A DNA stretch of 63,442 bases, counting the filler, from Rhabdomonas costata (taxonomy: Eukaryota), in assembly GCA_019059605.1 (NCBI GenBank). It is 55 parts of 55 records of this genome, joined end to end, with 100 filler letters (N's around TTAATTAATTAA, not from the genome) between each part and the next. Parts side by side here need not be neighbours in the genome. Positions count along the whole stretch, not along the records: positions 35,825 to 36,880 come from JAHMHO010031050.1; positions 36,981 to 38,036 come from JAHMHO010031051.1; positions 38,137 to 39,192 come from JAHMHO010031052.1; positions 39,293 to 40,347 come from JAHMHO010031053.1; positions 40,448 to 41,502 come from JAHMHO010031054.1; positions 41,603 to 42,657 come from JAHMHO010031055.1; positions 42,758 to 43,812 come from JAHMHO010031056.1; positions 43,913 to 44,967 come from JAHMHO010031057.1; 47 more parts are not named here. One strand, 5' to 3'. Shown here piece after piece: positions 35,936 to 48,132 of this stretch; the first letter of the stretch is position 1, and every line of letters begins with the position of its first letter. The notes under the pieces are model-generated. The model did no database searches. It was not told the origin of the DNA and saw only the letters and a program-made list of their open reading frames with translations. A program made the translations under genes and the position numbers.

Positions 35936-36880
35936 GCTCCTGCGGGGAAAGCTCTGCTCTGGTGTGCCCCGCGGGCTACGGGAGGCTTCCCCCGGAGACC
36001 TCCTGCTACTCGAACTCGTGCACCCTGCGGGAGTGCTGCCAACGTATTCTCGCCTGTGCCTCCTCCCTCCCATATTTCGAACATCGGCGTGCATCGTTCT
36101 GCACCGCGTTGGAGATTTTCTCTACTTTGCTTCCCTGTTCCTGTTGAGCTGTCGTCTACCTCAGTCTCCCTCTGCCCTCTGGCGGCTTTGGGGATGGAAT
36201 GGTGCATGCCAGAGCAGTTTTAGGGGTCGTGCGTAACAGGGAGAGAGGTACGCATTCTCAGATTGGGAATTCAGTTTCTATTCAGTTGAACCAATTTGTA
36301 CGGCACTACTTATTGTTCTCGCACAAATGTCTCTCGTGGGCTCTGAAGCCGAGTTGCCGGTCCTTTTCGGGACAGAGACCGAAGGCTGCGAGGCAGTCGT
36401 TGCATCTGCACAGCGGCTCCCGCTGTGCCGCTGCCCGTGTACCAGCACCGTAAAAGCCCGATCCGTCTTTTCGACATTAACTCCTCCCAAGAGGACGAGT
36501 CATTGCAGAAATTGTGTCAAATAAGGGTTCGTTGCCAAACTCCCATTTTCGCCCACCTCCATTGTTGGTGTGTTGGCCCATCTAGTGGATATGGGGTTTG
36601 TGACCGAGCAAGCGCGATCGTTCTGCATGACACCAACTCAACCCGAGAGGACGAACCTCCTCATAGGCCGGAATGTTGGCCCATCGAGTGGAGCGTGTCG
36701 GGGGTTCGCGCAGCGCTGTACTCCTGGGTCGCCCTCAACATCACGGCGACGCCTTCCGGGGTCTACCCCCGCATGGACCACTGCACAATGACCTTCGGGG
36801 ATGTGTTGCTGATGATTGCGGGGACGGACGCAGGCAACAACAACCTGAACGATGTGCTGTGGAGCAGGGACGGGCTGTCG
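35936..36880 (+). CDS. Protein with a 6-Cys module exon (35936-36043) spliced to a Kelch-like repeat exon (36714->)
   Basis: SCGESSALVCPAGYGRLPPETSCYSNSCTLRECCQ-P-LYSWVALNITATPSGVYPRMDHCTMTFGDVLLMIAGTDAGNNNLNDVLWSRDG; phase-1 junction is compatible. Confidence 0.75.
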
Positions 36881-37851
36881 NNNNNNNNNNNNNNNNNNNN
36901 NNNNNNNNNNNNNNNNNNNNNNNNTTAATTAATTAANNNNNNNNNNNNNNNNNNNNNNNNNNNNNNNNNNNNNNNNNNNNTTTGGGGACTGTTCAACTGA
37001 GCGGGTAGGCAAGCGGAAAGAATGGGATAATTAGGCTGGTTTGGGAAAACGAAAAGAATGGATTAAACTGTGCTCCAGTAAAACGGTGGTTGGAAAGTTG
37101 GCAACCATCAAATACCGCTATTGCGATGGACGCAAGCGCTGGAGGTCTGGATTGCGACAGGGTTGCGGCCACCATTAGGCCTCCAACCAACTTTTGCATG
37201 TGGTAACCACACTACAGCTCAGCACCCTCCCCAGCGCAGCACCAAAAATGGTGCGGTGTCCCAGTTCGTGTGCGCCCGGGGTCCGTCTGTGTGTCATAGA
37301 GCGTGCACGCTTCCTCTCGGCAAAGGACACGGCTTGCCTGCGCTTTGGAGATTCCGGACTACGCGCTAGGTGGCCCTTTCCACCCCACCCCCTCTCCTTG
37401 GTCCGCTGGGAGTACGGAGTTTTCGCGGAGTAACCTATTAATACACTGTTGCGACAGCATAATAACCAAAAATCTCGGAAATTCAGTGTGTCGAAAGTTT
37501 TAAGGATAAAAGGTTTGGTCTGGTGAAAAGGGCCTTTAGTATTGGTTTCACCTTTCACAACCTCCGTTTAATTCTAACCTGGCGGTAAAATTGAACAGAA
37601 ATACATTTTTTAGACTTCGGCGTTCCAAAGGGTCGTCAGACCCTATATCATTCCCATCTTCTTCAGCAGGATGGTTATGTGGTCCCGCGACCCCTGCCAT
37701 CTTGACTCGCACCCATATCAAGGAAAGGTCTTGCTTTGTTTTGCACCCAGCGGGAATGCTTCCACATCACGCCTGCGGGTTGTGTGGTCCTTACACGGGT
37801 AGGTTTTCTGCTTGGAAATAACAAAACAGCTGAAAAAAGGAAGAGTTCTGT

Positions 37852-37916
37852 AGTTCTGAGTTTAAAGTGTAAAGTACCTTAGTTTATAAAGTACGTTACA
37901 CCGTAAACTCAGAACT
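37852..37916. repeat. Imperfect hairpin, 30-bp arms (26/30), 5-nt loop
   Basis: agttctgagtttaaagtgtaaagtacctta / taaagtacgttacaccgtaaactcagaact. Confidence 0.8.
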
Positions 37917-38478
37917 CCACCACAAGCTGCCCCCAGATTCAAACACGAACTCTATACACCCCACTCCTCAAGTATCCTTCCACAGAGCTTCACAATTTGC
38001 TTCAAAATCCAGCACAAACGCGGAATCAACCCCCCCNNNNNNNNNNNNNNNNNNNNNNNNNNNNNNNNNNNNNNNNNNNNTTAATTAATTAANNNNNNNN
38101 NNNNNNNNNNNNNNNNNNNNNNNNNNNNNNNNNNNNTGAAATCTGTCACCTGTGATTTGCACCGTGAGGGAAAGCTAGCAAAAATTTTGATTCGTTTTCG
38201 ATTTTTTTTGAAAACTCGCATTGGGTCCGGGGCCCTAATCACTGCGAGCTTGTTCACAACGAACTGTACAGGAACCCACCAAAGCGGATTCTTTTTCCGC
38301 TCCCAATAACACAAGCAGAAGTCCCTCCAAGACAGTTGAGCAAACTTAACAGTTCAAGGAGGGCAAGCACTAAAAGAAAGTGGAAAAAAAAAGAAAAGGG
38401 TGCCAACGAGGAAAGGAGTGCACAGCACAGAAAGGCATGAAAAAGGATGCAAGACACAAAAAATTGAAGAAGGCGTTC

Positions 38479-39189
38479 CTCGTCATCCCAGCGGAGGTCG
38501 TGGGTGTCTGCGAGGCACAGCACAACGTCGAACCGGCTTAGCACCGGTGAGGCAAGGGTGGTGGTGAGGGTGAGGCTGCTGGTGGGATCGAACCGCCCCG
38601 CCCGCCCCGTGGGGTTCATCGCGGCCACCACAGAGCACTGCGCCCGCAGCTTCGTCACTAGTCCCGCCTTCGCTGGGTGTACAAATGGCACCGCAGAAAG
38701 CCATCCGTATCACGGAATGCTAGATTTCCATTACGAGTCTAGCATCACTACGCCTGCACGTGCTTTAGAAAGGACAAAATCCTCCCACACAAAACAAAAA
38801 AAAACTGGAGTGCAAACCAATCTGCCAGCCCCACCTCAGGCTGCTCTTGTTATCACGACTCTTCCTCCACAGTGCGAACTGCAATGGCGCCGGCGCCTGC
38901 TTGTTCCAGAACTTCCTAAATAACTGTCCAGCCCTCTTCATCATACCGACTTAAAGCTTTGACTGTCGAAACCCACACACACTCTGCTTTTAGGCTGCGC
39001 GCCCACAAACGCAAACGCAGCGTGACGCTCTCGTGTGTGCCCTGTGGGCTCCGTTTCCCACCAGAGGAAACGTGCATCGCGTCAAGGACAGGACACACCC
39101 ACGCTGATGGTCTGCTGCTCCATGGCCTCATTCACCGCACCCATGTCGTGCTTCGGGATCAGCCCAAACTCGTCGATGCAGCACACCCC
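38479..39189 (-). CDS. MCM9: MCM-family helicase, most like MCM9; exons ~39189-39099 and 38672-38479
   Basis: GVCCIDEF...[31 protein letters not shown]...[24 protein letters not shown]: Walker B plus SRFD arginine finger. AGLVxKL and the downstream WD fit MCM9. Confidence 0.88.
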
Positions 39190-39982
39190 ACANNNNNNNN
39201 NNNNNNNNNNNNNNNNNNNNNNNNNNNNNNNNNNNNTTAATTAATTAANNNNNNNNNNNNNNNNNNNNNNNNNNNNNNNNNNNNNNNNNNNNCCTTCACC
39301 GAGCGGGGCAAAGAGGGGTACGGGTCGCAAGCCAAGTGGGCCTGAACCCCGAAAAAGGAGGGAGGGATGCATCCAAAAAGACCCACGTCAAGTTGGGAAA
39401 TAAGGAATTTCCATAGGAGTTTGCATAGCAACACCCTGCGTCACCCGCTGAGGGTTCGTAATACCTCACTATCATTCATACCATTTTCGGTTATGTCGAA
39501 CATCCCGTGTGGTCACACAGTGAAAACAACACGCCCAAATAGACACCTAGGACTGGTGGATACCGAGGCGAGAAAATGGATCACTGGTGCCAGCCCTCAA
39601 CTTTGAACTGTTTTCTTGCAGGCATTTTCGGGACCACTATATAAGGATAGTTACCACCCGAAACTCGACGAGGAACGTACGTGACCCATTTAAACAACCT
39701 GGTCTCCTCGGACCCTATATAATTGCCATCGTCATTCAGCAGAATGCTTATGTGATCCCCCGGCCCCCTGCCATTTTCGTTCGCACCTGTACCAAGGAAA
39801 GGTCTTTAGTGTTGCTAAGTGCCGCAGGCGCGAGAAAAATGTCGAAACTTTGCACCCATCTGGAATGCCAGCACATCCACGTTGTGTGTGGCATATACGC
39901 GCATGGGTAGTTTGGCTAAGTGAAGAAATTTTACCCAAGAAAGAAAAAATTACCCCAAGTCCCACGTGGAGACAAAACAGGA

Positions 39983-40145
39983 GTCCCCTGTGGCTCCAAT
40001 AGAAGCTTTTTGCAGGGGTTACGAGGCGATGTACATGTCCCCTGTGACTCCAATAGCAGATTTTGCAGGGGGTTGGGAAGCGATGCATGTGTGCCCTGTG
40101 ACTCCGATAGAAGATTTTGCAGGGGGTTAGGAGGCGACAAACGTG
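39983..40145. repeat. 54-bp minisatellite, about 3 units; same family as 25490-25599
   Basis: tccaatagaag.ttttgcagggggtt.g.aggcga.....gtgtcccctg units start at 39995, 40049 and 40103. Confidence 0.9.
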
Positions 40146-40447
40146 CTTGGTAGAACTTTGTCCAAGATCTTAGGTGCTTTCATTACCCTCCTGTTTAAAC
40201 AACGATGGAGGCTTTTCATCGTGTTACCCTTGATTCTTTGGTGCTCAAGCACAAGGCGAAGCCATCACTCCTTGTCAATGATCCACGACGGTTGGGGGAA
40301 TTTTTTTCCCTTGGGGGACTTAACCACCAACCCAAACACACCCACACNNNNNNNNNNNNNNNNNNNNNNNNNNNNNNNNNNNNNNNNNNNNTTAATTAAT
40401 TAANNNNNNNNNNNNNNNNNNNNNNNNNNNNNNNNNNNNNNNNNNNN

Positions 40448-41177
40448 GTGGTTGACCACGAGATGGGCCAGGTGGTCGGAGGCAATGTGGAAAAGGATGA
40501 GGATCGAGCCCCGGTCGGTGTACTTAATGGCGTTCTCAAGAAGCTGGTACGCCACCTGTGGGCGCATTGAGGTGTGTGTGTGTGAGGGGGTGGGGTTTGC
40601 GAAAAATGAGCTGAACGGGCAGAAAGGTACTTTAATAACAAATCGACTCTACTTCTCTGCGCCGTGGGCCTCTGAGGCAATCCCCGGACAGGAGAGGGCT
40701 CTGTTTTAGGAACTACAAGGAGATGCAAAAAAGACCTGGCGCAGCCTGAGGGGGTCCGCGAAGACCGTGTTGCTGCCCGGGGTGTGCAGTGCAGCAACCT
40801 GAAAATCCCGAAAAAATGGAAGGCACAGGCAATCACGGATCACAGATCATCGGAAAGAAATATGCAATGCAGGGATGCACTGGAGACCAATATAGAAACA
40901 GACCTCCGCGATAGAACAAGAGAGGAAACGGTCCTGCTTCCATTTGCATATTTTGCGGCCTTGATTCTATCCATGGAGGCAAGTAACGGCCAGAAGCAGT
41001 ATTCCCTGTGCTGACGCGGTGGGGTGAGTAACTGTGAGTGTGCTTGAGGACCTCCACGCCCTTCTCGCGGGCGGTCCCGTGCAACGTGACAGCCAGCTCG
41101 CAGATGAGCTCCCCAACTTGCACTATCTCGGGTTCCAGTACGAGCTCTCCCAGCTCCAAACGGTTGAAGTCGAGGAC
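40448..41177 (-). CDS. Sensor histidine kinase, HisKA-to-HATPase region; exons 41177-41052, 40798-40736, 40555->
   Basis: VLDFNRLELGELVLEPE...AREKGVE|VAALHTPGSNTVFADPLRLRQ|VAYQLLENAIKYTDRGSI (N-box); phase-0 GT-AG introns. Confidence 0.9.
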
Positions 41178-41645
41178 CTGCGAGACCACCACAGGCATTA
41201 GGAGGGTGGGTATGGGGAGGCAAGAATGGCCGTGAAGGCACCCAAAGCCGCAGGACACATCCGATGCCACCTGAGGTAAGATGAAAGGGAACCTGCCATT
41301 CCTTGGCCGAGTACCCGATGTTCATTGCCGTTGACCGCGTGCTCAACAAAGGCCCCTGACCCTTGGACTGCTGTCTTGTTGGAACGTTTCTCCACCAAAA
41401 CAGCACGTGTACACCCCAGACACCAGTCTCGTGTGTGTGTACTCAGATGTTCGGTGAGCACACACACATACGACACATGACGCACCCCGTTCATCAATGT
41501 GGNNNNNNNNNNNNNNNNNNNNNNNNNNNNNNNNNNNNNNNNNNNNTTAATTAATTAANNNNNNNNNNNNNNNNNNNNNNNNNNNNNNNNNNNNNNNNNN
41601 NNAACGACTGGAGAAGTACCTCTTTTCTTTTTCTTCCCTTTTCAG

Positions 41646-41878
41646 TGCCCAGCTTCTCACTTTTTCTTCAAGCCCATCGATGCTTTCCATTGGGTTTGGC
41701 GGGGTTGGGATGCCCCTGGGCCTGGGGTTTGGCATGCCACTGGGCATGGGCATGGGAGGTTTTGGCATGATGCCCTTCGCTGGGCATGGGGTTTGGCGGG
41801 TTCGGCATGCCTGTGGGCGGCTTTGGGATGGGAGGCTTCGGGATGGGTGGGTTCCATCACCATCACCGCTATTGGTAA
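41646..41878 (+). pseudogene. Gly/Met/Phe-rich low-complexity terminal exon with a 1-nt frameshift near 41773
   Basis: GFGGVGMPLGLGFGMPLGMGMGGFGMM continues as LGMGFGGFGMPVGGFGMGGFGMGGFHHHHRYW* only in the +1 frame; could be an assembly error. Confidence 0.5.
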
Positions 41879-44093
41879 GAACCATCGTAACCCACCCAGC
41901 CTCATTCCTGCCTTGCCTTTTACCTTGTCTTTGGACAGTGCATCTACGTGACAGCCTCTACTGCCCTGTTCCTATGGTAAATTACAGCATTTTGGCAGCT
42001 GTGTGGGGATGCGATTTGCGCGTTCTCTTCTTCGTCTTTTCTTTCGACTGAATCAGGGCAGTGACAATGTGTCCATGTATCCCACCATCCAGCATTTCCT
42101 TTTCAAAGCGGCGCACCTCCAGGTCCCTGCAGGTCCCTTCTGTGTGCTTGGCAGAGTCGTTCTTTTGCATGCCTTGACGACCCATTTCCCGTCCCTCGTG
42201 TGTGACCGTCAGCGGACTGTGTTTTTGTTTAGGGGTGAGGTTCTGGCAGATTTCATTCTGCATGTGCACCTCAGTATCGGGCTCTAGGGGAGCGATTACG
42301 CATTTTTGCAACCGGGGTGCTGAACAAATCCCGCACAAATCCTGCGTATCGAAAACTCGGTTTTCGACTGCACCGTCAAGCAAGCGGTGCAAAAGTCAAC
42401 GTCATCCTACGGGATGCATAACGATCCCTTAACGTTCACCTTTTAGTATCAAGAAAGGCACAGCTGTCGGGGACCTTCCATTTCGCCCGTCGTCGTGTAT
42501 CAAGGCGGGCATCCGATATCGCCTGCACAATTTGAGTGCTGGGCACGTTGTATGAGTGGTGCACATTTTGGAGACATAAACGATACGGATGTAGTTCTCT
42601 ATTTAGGCCTCTGCTAAGCAGAGCACATGTCTTTGGTACCGTTCTCCTGAATTTCCTNNNNNNNNNNNNNNNNNNNNNNNNNNNNNNNNNNNNNNNNNNN
42701 NTTAATTAATTAANNNNNNNNNNNNNNNNNNNNNNNNNNNNNNNNNNNNNNNNNNNNAACCCGAAAGATTGAGAACGGCATTTCTGGGTCAAAGTGTTAA
42801 AATAACAGTGAAGAGTCCCACTGTTCCTAGTGTTTCGCTGCAGTTCTCTGGTGGAGGCCGGGTGGGGAAAAAGTCCTCCCGAATTCCACCGCCCCAGCGT
42901 CGCCTTCAACCCCGAGGATTTGCTTCACACTGAATCTATGATGCACGATTAACAGTTTTACGGATGTAGGGGGGTCCAAGAATATACACAGAAAAAGGCA
43001 CAGCACCCGTTCCGCTGGAGTTGGAGTTTGAGGGGAAGGGTCTGCAGAAGAGGTGGAGGCGTCGAAGTGGACCGCGGAAGAGGGCAACCTCTTCTGAAGG
43101 GAACAAAAAACGTCCGCAGTGTGTCCAGGGGGGGAAACGTGTGCGCCGGTAAGTGCGCGTTTTCGCTACTTCATCCGAAAGTACATTTGCGCCCCCCCCC
43201 CTCCCGTGGTCCAGATGGATATGCACCCAGCGTGTGAGCTCTTGTGAGTGTGAGTGTGAGTGCCGGGGGGTCTGGAACCGAGGTGGTGTGATGTTGGAAG
43301 GCGGCAAACAAACCCCTATGGGAGCATAAGCCTTGCAGGGACCAGAGCGCGATACTCAATCCCAGGGGTCCAAACAGATTCACACAGCGAAATGAAAAGC
43401 GTTTCTGAAACGGGTGCACCACAAAAGAGCCTTTTCATACTCAGCCACACGCCAACGTGCTCCAGGTGCGGAGCCTCAAGCACGGAGGGGAAGTCGGAGG
43501 ATCTTGAGCACAGGGCTGCCTAGCTGCTCAGAGTGCGCAATTATTACTACCGCAGACTGCTCATGGAGAAAAACCGGGGTCCCATTGGGACGCAATTGGG
43601 ACATTTGAACGACAGGCACCCCTGCCACCCCCCGCCATTCACAAGTACGTAGTTCTATTTGCGTAGCGATCGCCACTCATCCTCGGGCTCGAATAGAAGC
43701 TCTAAGAGGCCGTGTGTCCCCTGGGTTAAGGGATTTGAATTGAAACTTTTGCACCACCAAAACTTCGGCTCTAAATGCAACCCACCCCCCTCTAGCGAAA
43801 CAACCACACACANNNNNNNNNNNNNNNNNNNNNNNNNNNNNNNNNNNNNNNNNNNNTTAATTAATTAANNNNNNNNNNNNNNNNNNNNNNNNNNNNNNNN
43901 NNNNNNNNNNNNTGTGTGGGGTCGCTCTCCCGATTTGTGGAGCTCATCTCTGTCAGCTTGCTCCTTGCTACTAAGCCGATGTGGGATTTTGCAGATTCCT
44001 TCCCGGGTGTTCTGTGTCTTGGTGTGGAGGGAGGGAGTATCCGTTAATTCTACCTTTCATTTTTTCCCCTCGACCCTTGGTGTTTTCAATCAG

Positions 44094-44950
44094 TCGGGGA
44101 TCGCTGTCTCCTGTGCGATGGCAGGCATCGTGAACTTCTCCTTCTTTTGGATGGTGGGGCAGACGAGCCCACTGACGTATGCTGCGATTAAAGACCGAGG
44201 GGAGTTTACTATCATAGTTTTCCTGGCTTTAACAAGACTTTCGGTGTGTACTGGGGAAAGCGGAAGCACTGGAATTTAGAAAGGAAGAGCTGCCAAGGGG
44301 CAGAGGTGGGTACCGCTCTGAGGGTGCATGGACGGCCACGCAGCGTTTCGGAAGGCCCGCTGTGCATAGAAAAGGCCCCTTGTCTGCTTCGACCGTGCGC
44401 TCACCAAAACACCTGTGGAGATGTACATTGTGTGCCGATGCATGCAGTTGCAGTTTCCGATTTAGGTTATTTCCATTGACGTTATATTGGTGTTATGATC
44501 ATGCATACTGTAGCAACAAGACAGTCACAGTTGCAATTTATGAAAAAATTGCTGGAATCGTCAGCGCCTTCTATTTGTTTTCCACCCACGTTGCGCCGCT
44601 TGAAAAAATCCCTTGGGGTCCAATCCTCTGCCACGTTTGCCCAGGGCTAACGTTGTGGGCTACCTGAAGACCGCTCTGGTGTTCATCGGGGGATTTGTGC
44701 TTTTCAGCTCCTCCTTGACCCCGCAGAATGTCGCTGGTTTGAGCTATTTGACGTGTACCTTCCCCTTTCTGTGAGATAGTTTGGTAATCGCCCGAGCAAC
44801 CCACCATAACTTGCGTGAAGACAAGAAATATCGCACTTCTACTTTCGGCGCCCCCCCCTCCAGCTTCTAATTGAATTTTAGGCATCGTCCTGACCATGGT
44901 CGGCAGCGCCTTGTACACTTGGGCCCAGACCGCCCCTGCGCCGCCGCCCA
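44094..44950 (+). CDS. Nucleotide-sugar/triose-phosphate transporter family (SLC35E-like); exons 44094-44176, 44645-44736, 44882->
   Basis: SCAMAGIVNFSFFWMVGQTSPLT-ANVVGYLKTALVFIGGFVLFSSSLTPQNVAG-IVLTMVGSALYTW; splice phases match. Confidence 0.9.
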
Positions 44951-45400
44951 CACCCAAACACCACAACNNNNNNNNNNNNNNNNNNNNNNNNNNNNNNNNN
45001 NNNNNNNNNNNTTAATTAATTAANNNNNNNNNNNNNNNNNNNNNNNNNNNNNNNNNNNNNNNNNNNNGTGGTGTGGTTTCAGAAATAGAGAAGCAGGGAA
45101 ATACAATTTTGGAGACTCACGTGTTATCCGGGTGATGGGTATGATGCGTATTAGCGTGTTGCCGGAACCGAGAGTGCCTGAGTAACGACTTTGTTTTTCT
45201 TTGGTGAAATCATTCCAGACCTGAGCAGCTGGAGGAGTGGGGGGGGTGGGGCGACGGGCCACCTTCTTGTTCCTTTGGTGGGATATGGGATGGCGTCTCG
45301 GGAACTGCATTTAAGAGGTGGTGGTAAATCCCTTGGCTTTGTCCTGGTTCTGGATCAACCCGCTGCCGCTTCTTTTGTTTTGTCTGTCTGTGCTCGACAG

Positions 45401-46069
45401 GCTCAGCTGTCTGAGCTTGGCCTGAGGCAAAACCAGAAGTTCATTTTAATGGGCACCCCCGATGACCAGATCCCTCAGGTGATCGTGCAGCCTGAGTTCT
45501 CCGAGGTCGCCACCCACTCACCCATCCACTCCTTTCCTATTCACGTTTCACTTTTGAATCTTCGATTAATTCTTTCAAAGATCTGGCGGGAGATTCTTCC
45601 ATGCATTCCTTAACGACTGTAGCACAACCTGGTACCGTTTTGGGGGCCTTTTTTTAGATGCAGGCGGAGCGATGGGACACGGGCACCTCTTACCCCAATT
45701 TGGGTCCCCCAGCGTTGTCTTGGTTTTGCTTTCGAGCCAATTGACGTGTGTGATGAAGGTAAAACCGATGCGGAGTTGTGGCTGCAACTATACTGCAGCG
45801 GTCTCTCGGTCAGTGTTTCTGTTCCGCCTGGCGCTCTTTCTTGCGGAAGAAAAGGTTGGTGGCATCGACGTGTCTGGATTATGGATCATACCACACTGCC
45901 ACAACCCTGAACCTAACCTGTGTCTTCTTCTCGCTCGGGAAGGATGACCAGGGCTACGAGGAGGACTCCGCGAATGACTTCGACATTGCGACCAGCAAGC
46001 AAAACCTCGACCGTGTGCGGCAAAAGATCGCGTCGACCACCATAACCCTTCTCGCGGAGCCACGCCCAG
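45401..46069 (+). CDS. UBLCP1: Ubiquitin-like domain-containing CTD phosphatase 1; exons 45401-45505 and 45943-46069
   Basis: LSELGLRQNQKFILMGTPDD (end of UBL domain) ... NDFDI ... NLDRVRQKIASTTITLLAEPRPG (just before the KKLLVLD motif). Confidence 0.8.
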
Positions 46070-46284
46070 GTCCCTCTACCTGTTCTCTGATGCGCCCCCA
46101 CCCTTCCGAAAAAAAAAACCCCNNNNNNNNNNNNNNNNNNNNNNNNNNNNNNNNNNNNNNNNNNNNTTAATTAATTAANNNNNNNNNNNNNNNNNNNNNN
46201 NNNNNNNNNNNNNNNNNNNNNNGTTTTTGTGTGGACCCGTGAACGGGGCGATCGGTTGCTGGTGAGGAGGGAGGGAGGGGGTAC

Positions 46285-46970
46285 GTACCCTCTTCAATCA
46301 GCTCGCGCTCCCGAAGGAAAGCCCGGCGAATCTCACGCTGCTCCTGAAGCGAGAGCTCCGGAAAGATTAGGCTGGGGGTGTACCTAAGAGAAAGCGAGCA
46401 TACATCTTGGGAGTCCATACCACTCCATACACAAACCCTCGGCCTCACATGTCTTCATAAAGTTAGAGAGAGGAAAATATAAGCTTTACAGATGACGGTG
46501 TCAAGATGTCAAGGGCTTGCAGCCTTCGACAAGCGAATAGCTCTGGAAGCGATGAGCTGCGCGTGGGGGAGGATCGGATTCAGAGGTGTAGTAGAGGAGC
46601 AAAGTTGTTGAACAGCACAGATGCAGTTGGGGAGAGATGGATGGATGGATAGGAGAGCTGGAAAGGCTACTGAGACTGTGGCAAATACTGTGAAAAATGC
46701 TTGGTATGCGGCAGGTGGGCTTGGCCAAAGAGTCATTCACGCCAATTTCGGATTCTGGGGACAGAGCGTAGGAGGCGAGGCGGGATCGGAGGGGCAAACC
46801 GCGTTTCTCACAACTTTCGTTTCAATCCTTTGAAAGCTATTTTGTAAGCTCGGAACATCCGTAATTACTTATTTAACCGCAGAAGGGCAAGGGAGAGGGG
46901 AAAGCGGAAGATGCAACGCACTTCACGGAGCTTGGGTTGACCAGGTCGAGAAGCTCCAGCTCACTCAGGC
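46285..46970 (-). CDS. Two exons of an unidentified protein
   Basis: LSELELLDLVNPSSVK (AA|gtgcgt) joins tag|G-YTPSLIFPELSLQEQREIRRAFLRERELIEE in phase; ends approximate. Confidence 0.45.
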
Positions 46971-47444
46971 CTATGAGGAAATTTGACCAGAGGTACAAAA
47001 AGCAAACACTACTCATTTAGCGGAAGGATGATGAACGAGAATGATAAGGGGGAAGGGCACAAACACAGAGTTAGATGGAAAACCCTCTTGTCGCATGATT
47101 TGAACAGAGGCAAAACGTGCGATATAAAGAGACGCATGCTGCATTCCAACCATTTCATCATTTCTACAGCGGCGCACGGATACACACCTGGACCAGGGTC
47201 TTGTTTTGCAGACCCGAGTCGGCTGCCATCGCCATCCAGCACACTCTGAAAAGATTGACCCCTCGCCCTCAACAGAANNNNNNNNNNNNNNNNNNNNNNN
47301 NNNNNNNNNNNNNNNNNNNNNTTAATTAATTAANNNNNNNNNNNNNNNNNNNNNNNNNNNNNNNNNNNNNNNNNNNNGGTGTGTTAGTTCAAGTGCCGCC
47401 TGCGTTGTTTCCTCTCAAGCTTCTTATGCTGAATCTTCGCACAG

Positions 47445-48132
47445 GTGTGGACTTCGTGGCGGTCTCGTACGTCCGCAACGGCCAGGACCTGGCTCCGGCT
47501 CGGGAGGAGCTCCGCCGCCGCAAGTCGATCGTGCCCCTGGTGGCGAAGATTGAGCACCCCTCCGCCCTGAGGAACATGGCGGAGATCCTCAGGGAGGTCT
47601 GATTCTTCAGGGAGGCAGCTGATTTTTCTTTCACCGGTTAGGAAGCCACGAAATTGACCTGTACAACAATGGCGCAAATCGGTTGGAGGGAACTGAAGAA
47701 GACGAACGGAACCAACAAAACTGCTTCCTTTCAAAGTCAGGTCATTGGACGAGGTAGGTGAATTCTTGTCGTCGTGCGCGTCCTTCCTTGGTGAGGTCCT
47801 CAACGCCTGTGTGCATTCCATAGCTTTCGATCTGCCTTTTTTCTCTGCAGGCCGACGCGGTGATGGTGGCGCGTGGGGACTTGGGGGTGGAGATCCCGAT
47901 GGAAACGCTCCCGCTGGCCCAGGAAGAGATCATCCGTGCCGCGCTAGGCCGTGGGCTGCCCGTGATTGTGGCTACGCAAGTGTTGGAGAGCATGCAGTTC
48001 AACCCCACCCCGACCCGGGCGGAGCTCACGGACATTGCCACGGCGATTCGTCAGGGCACGTCCTGCCTGATGCTCTCCGGGGAAACGGCGACCGGGCAGT
48101 ACCCCATCGAGGCGGTGACCACGATGGCAGAG
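47445..48132 (+). CDS. PYK: Pyruvate kinase; exons 47445-47596 and 47851-48132
   Basis: [30 protein letters not shown] and MLSGETA motifs; phase-0 GT-AG intron. Confidence 0.97.

Noticed and set aside
39983-40145. 54-bp repeats as a CRISPR array
   Set aside because: Whole units are similar with no unique spacers, there are no cas genes, and the context is eukaryotic.
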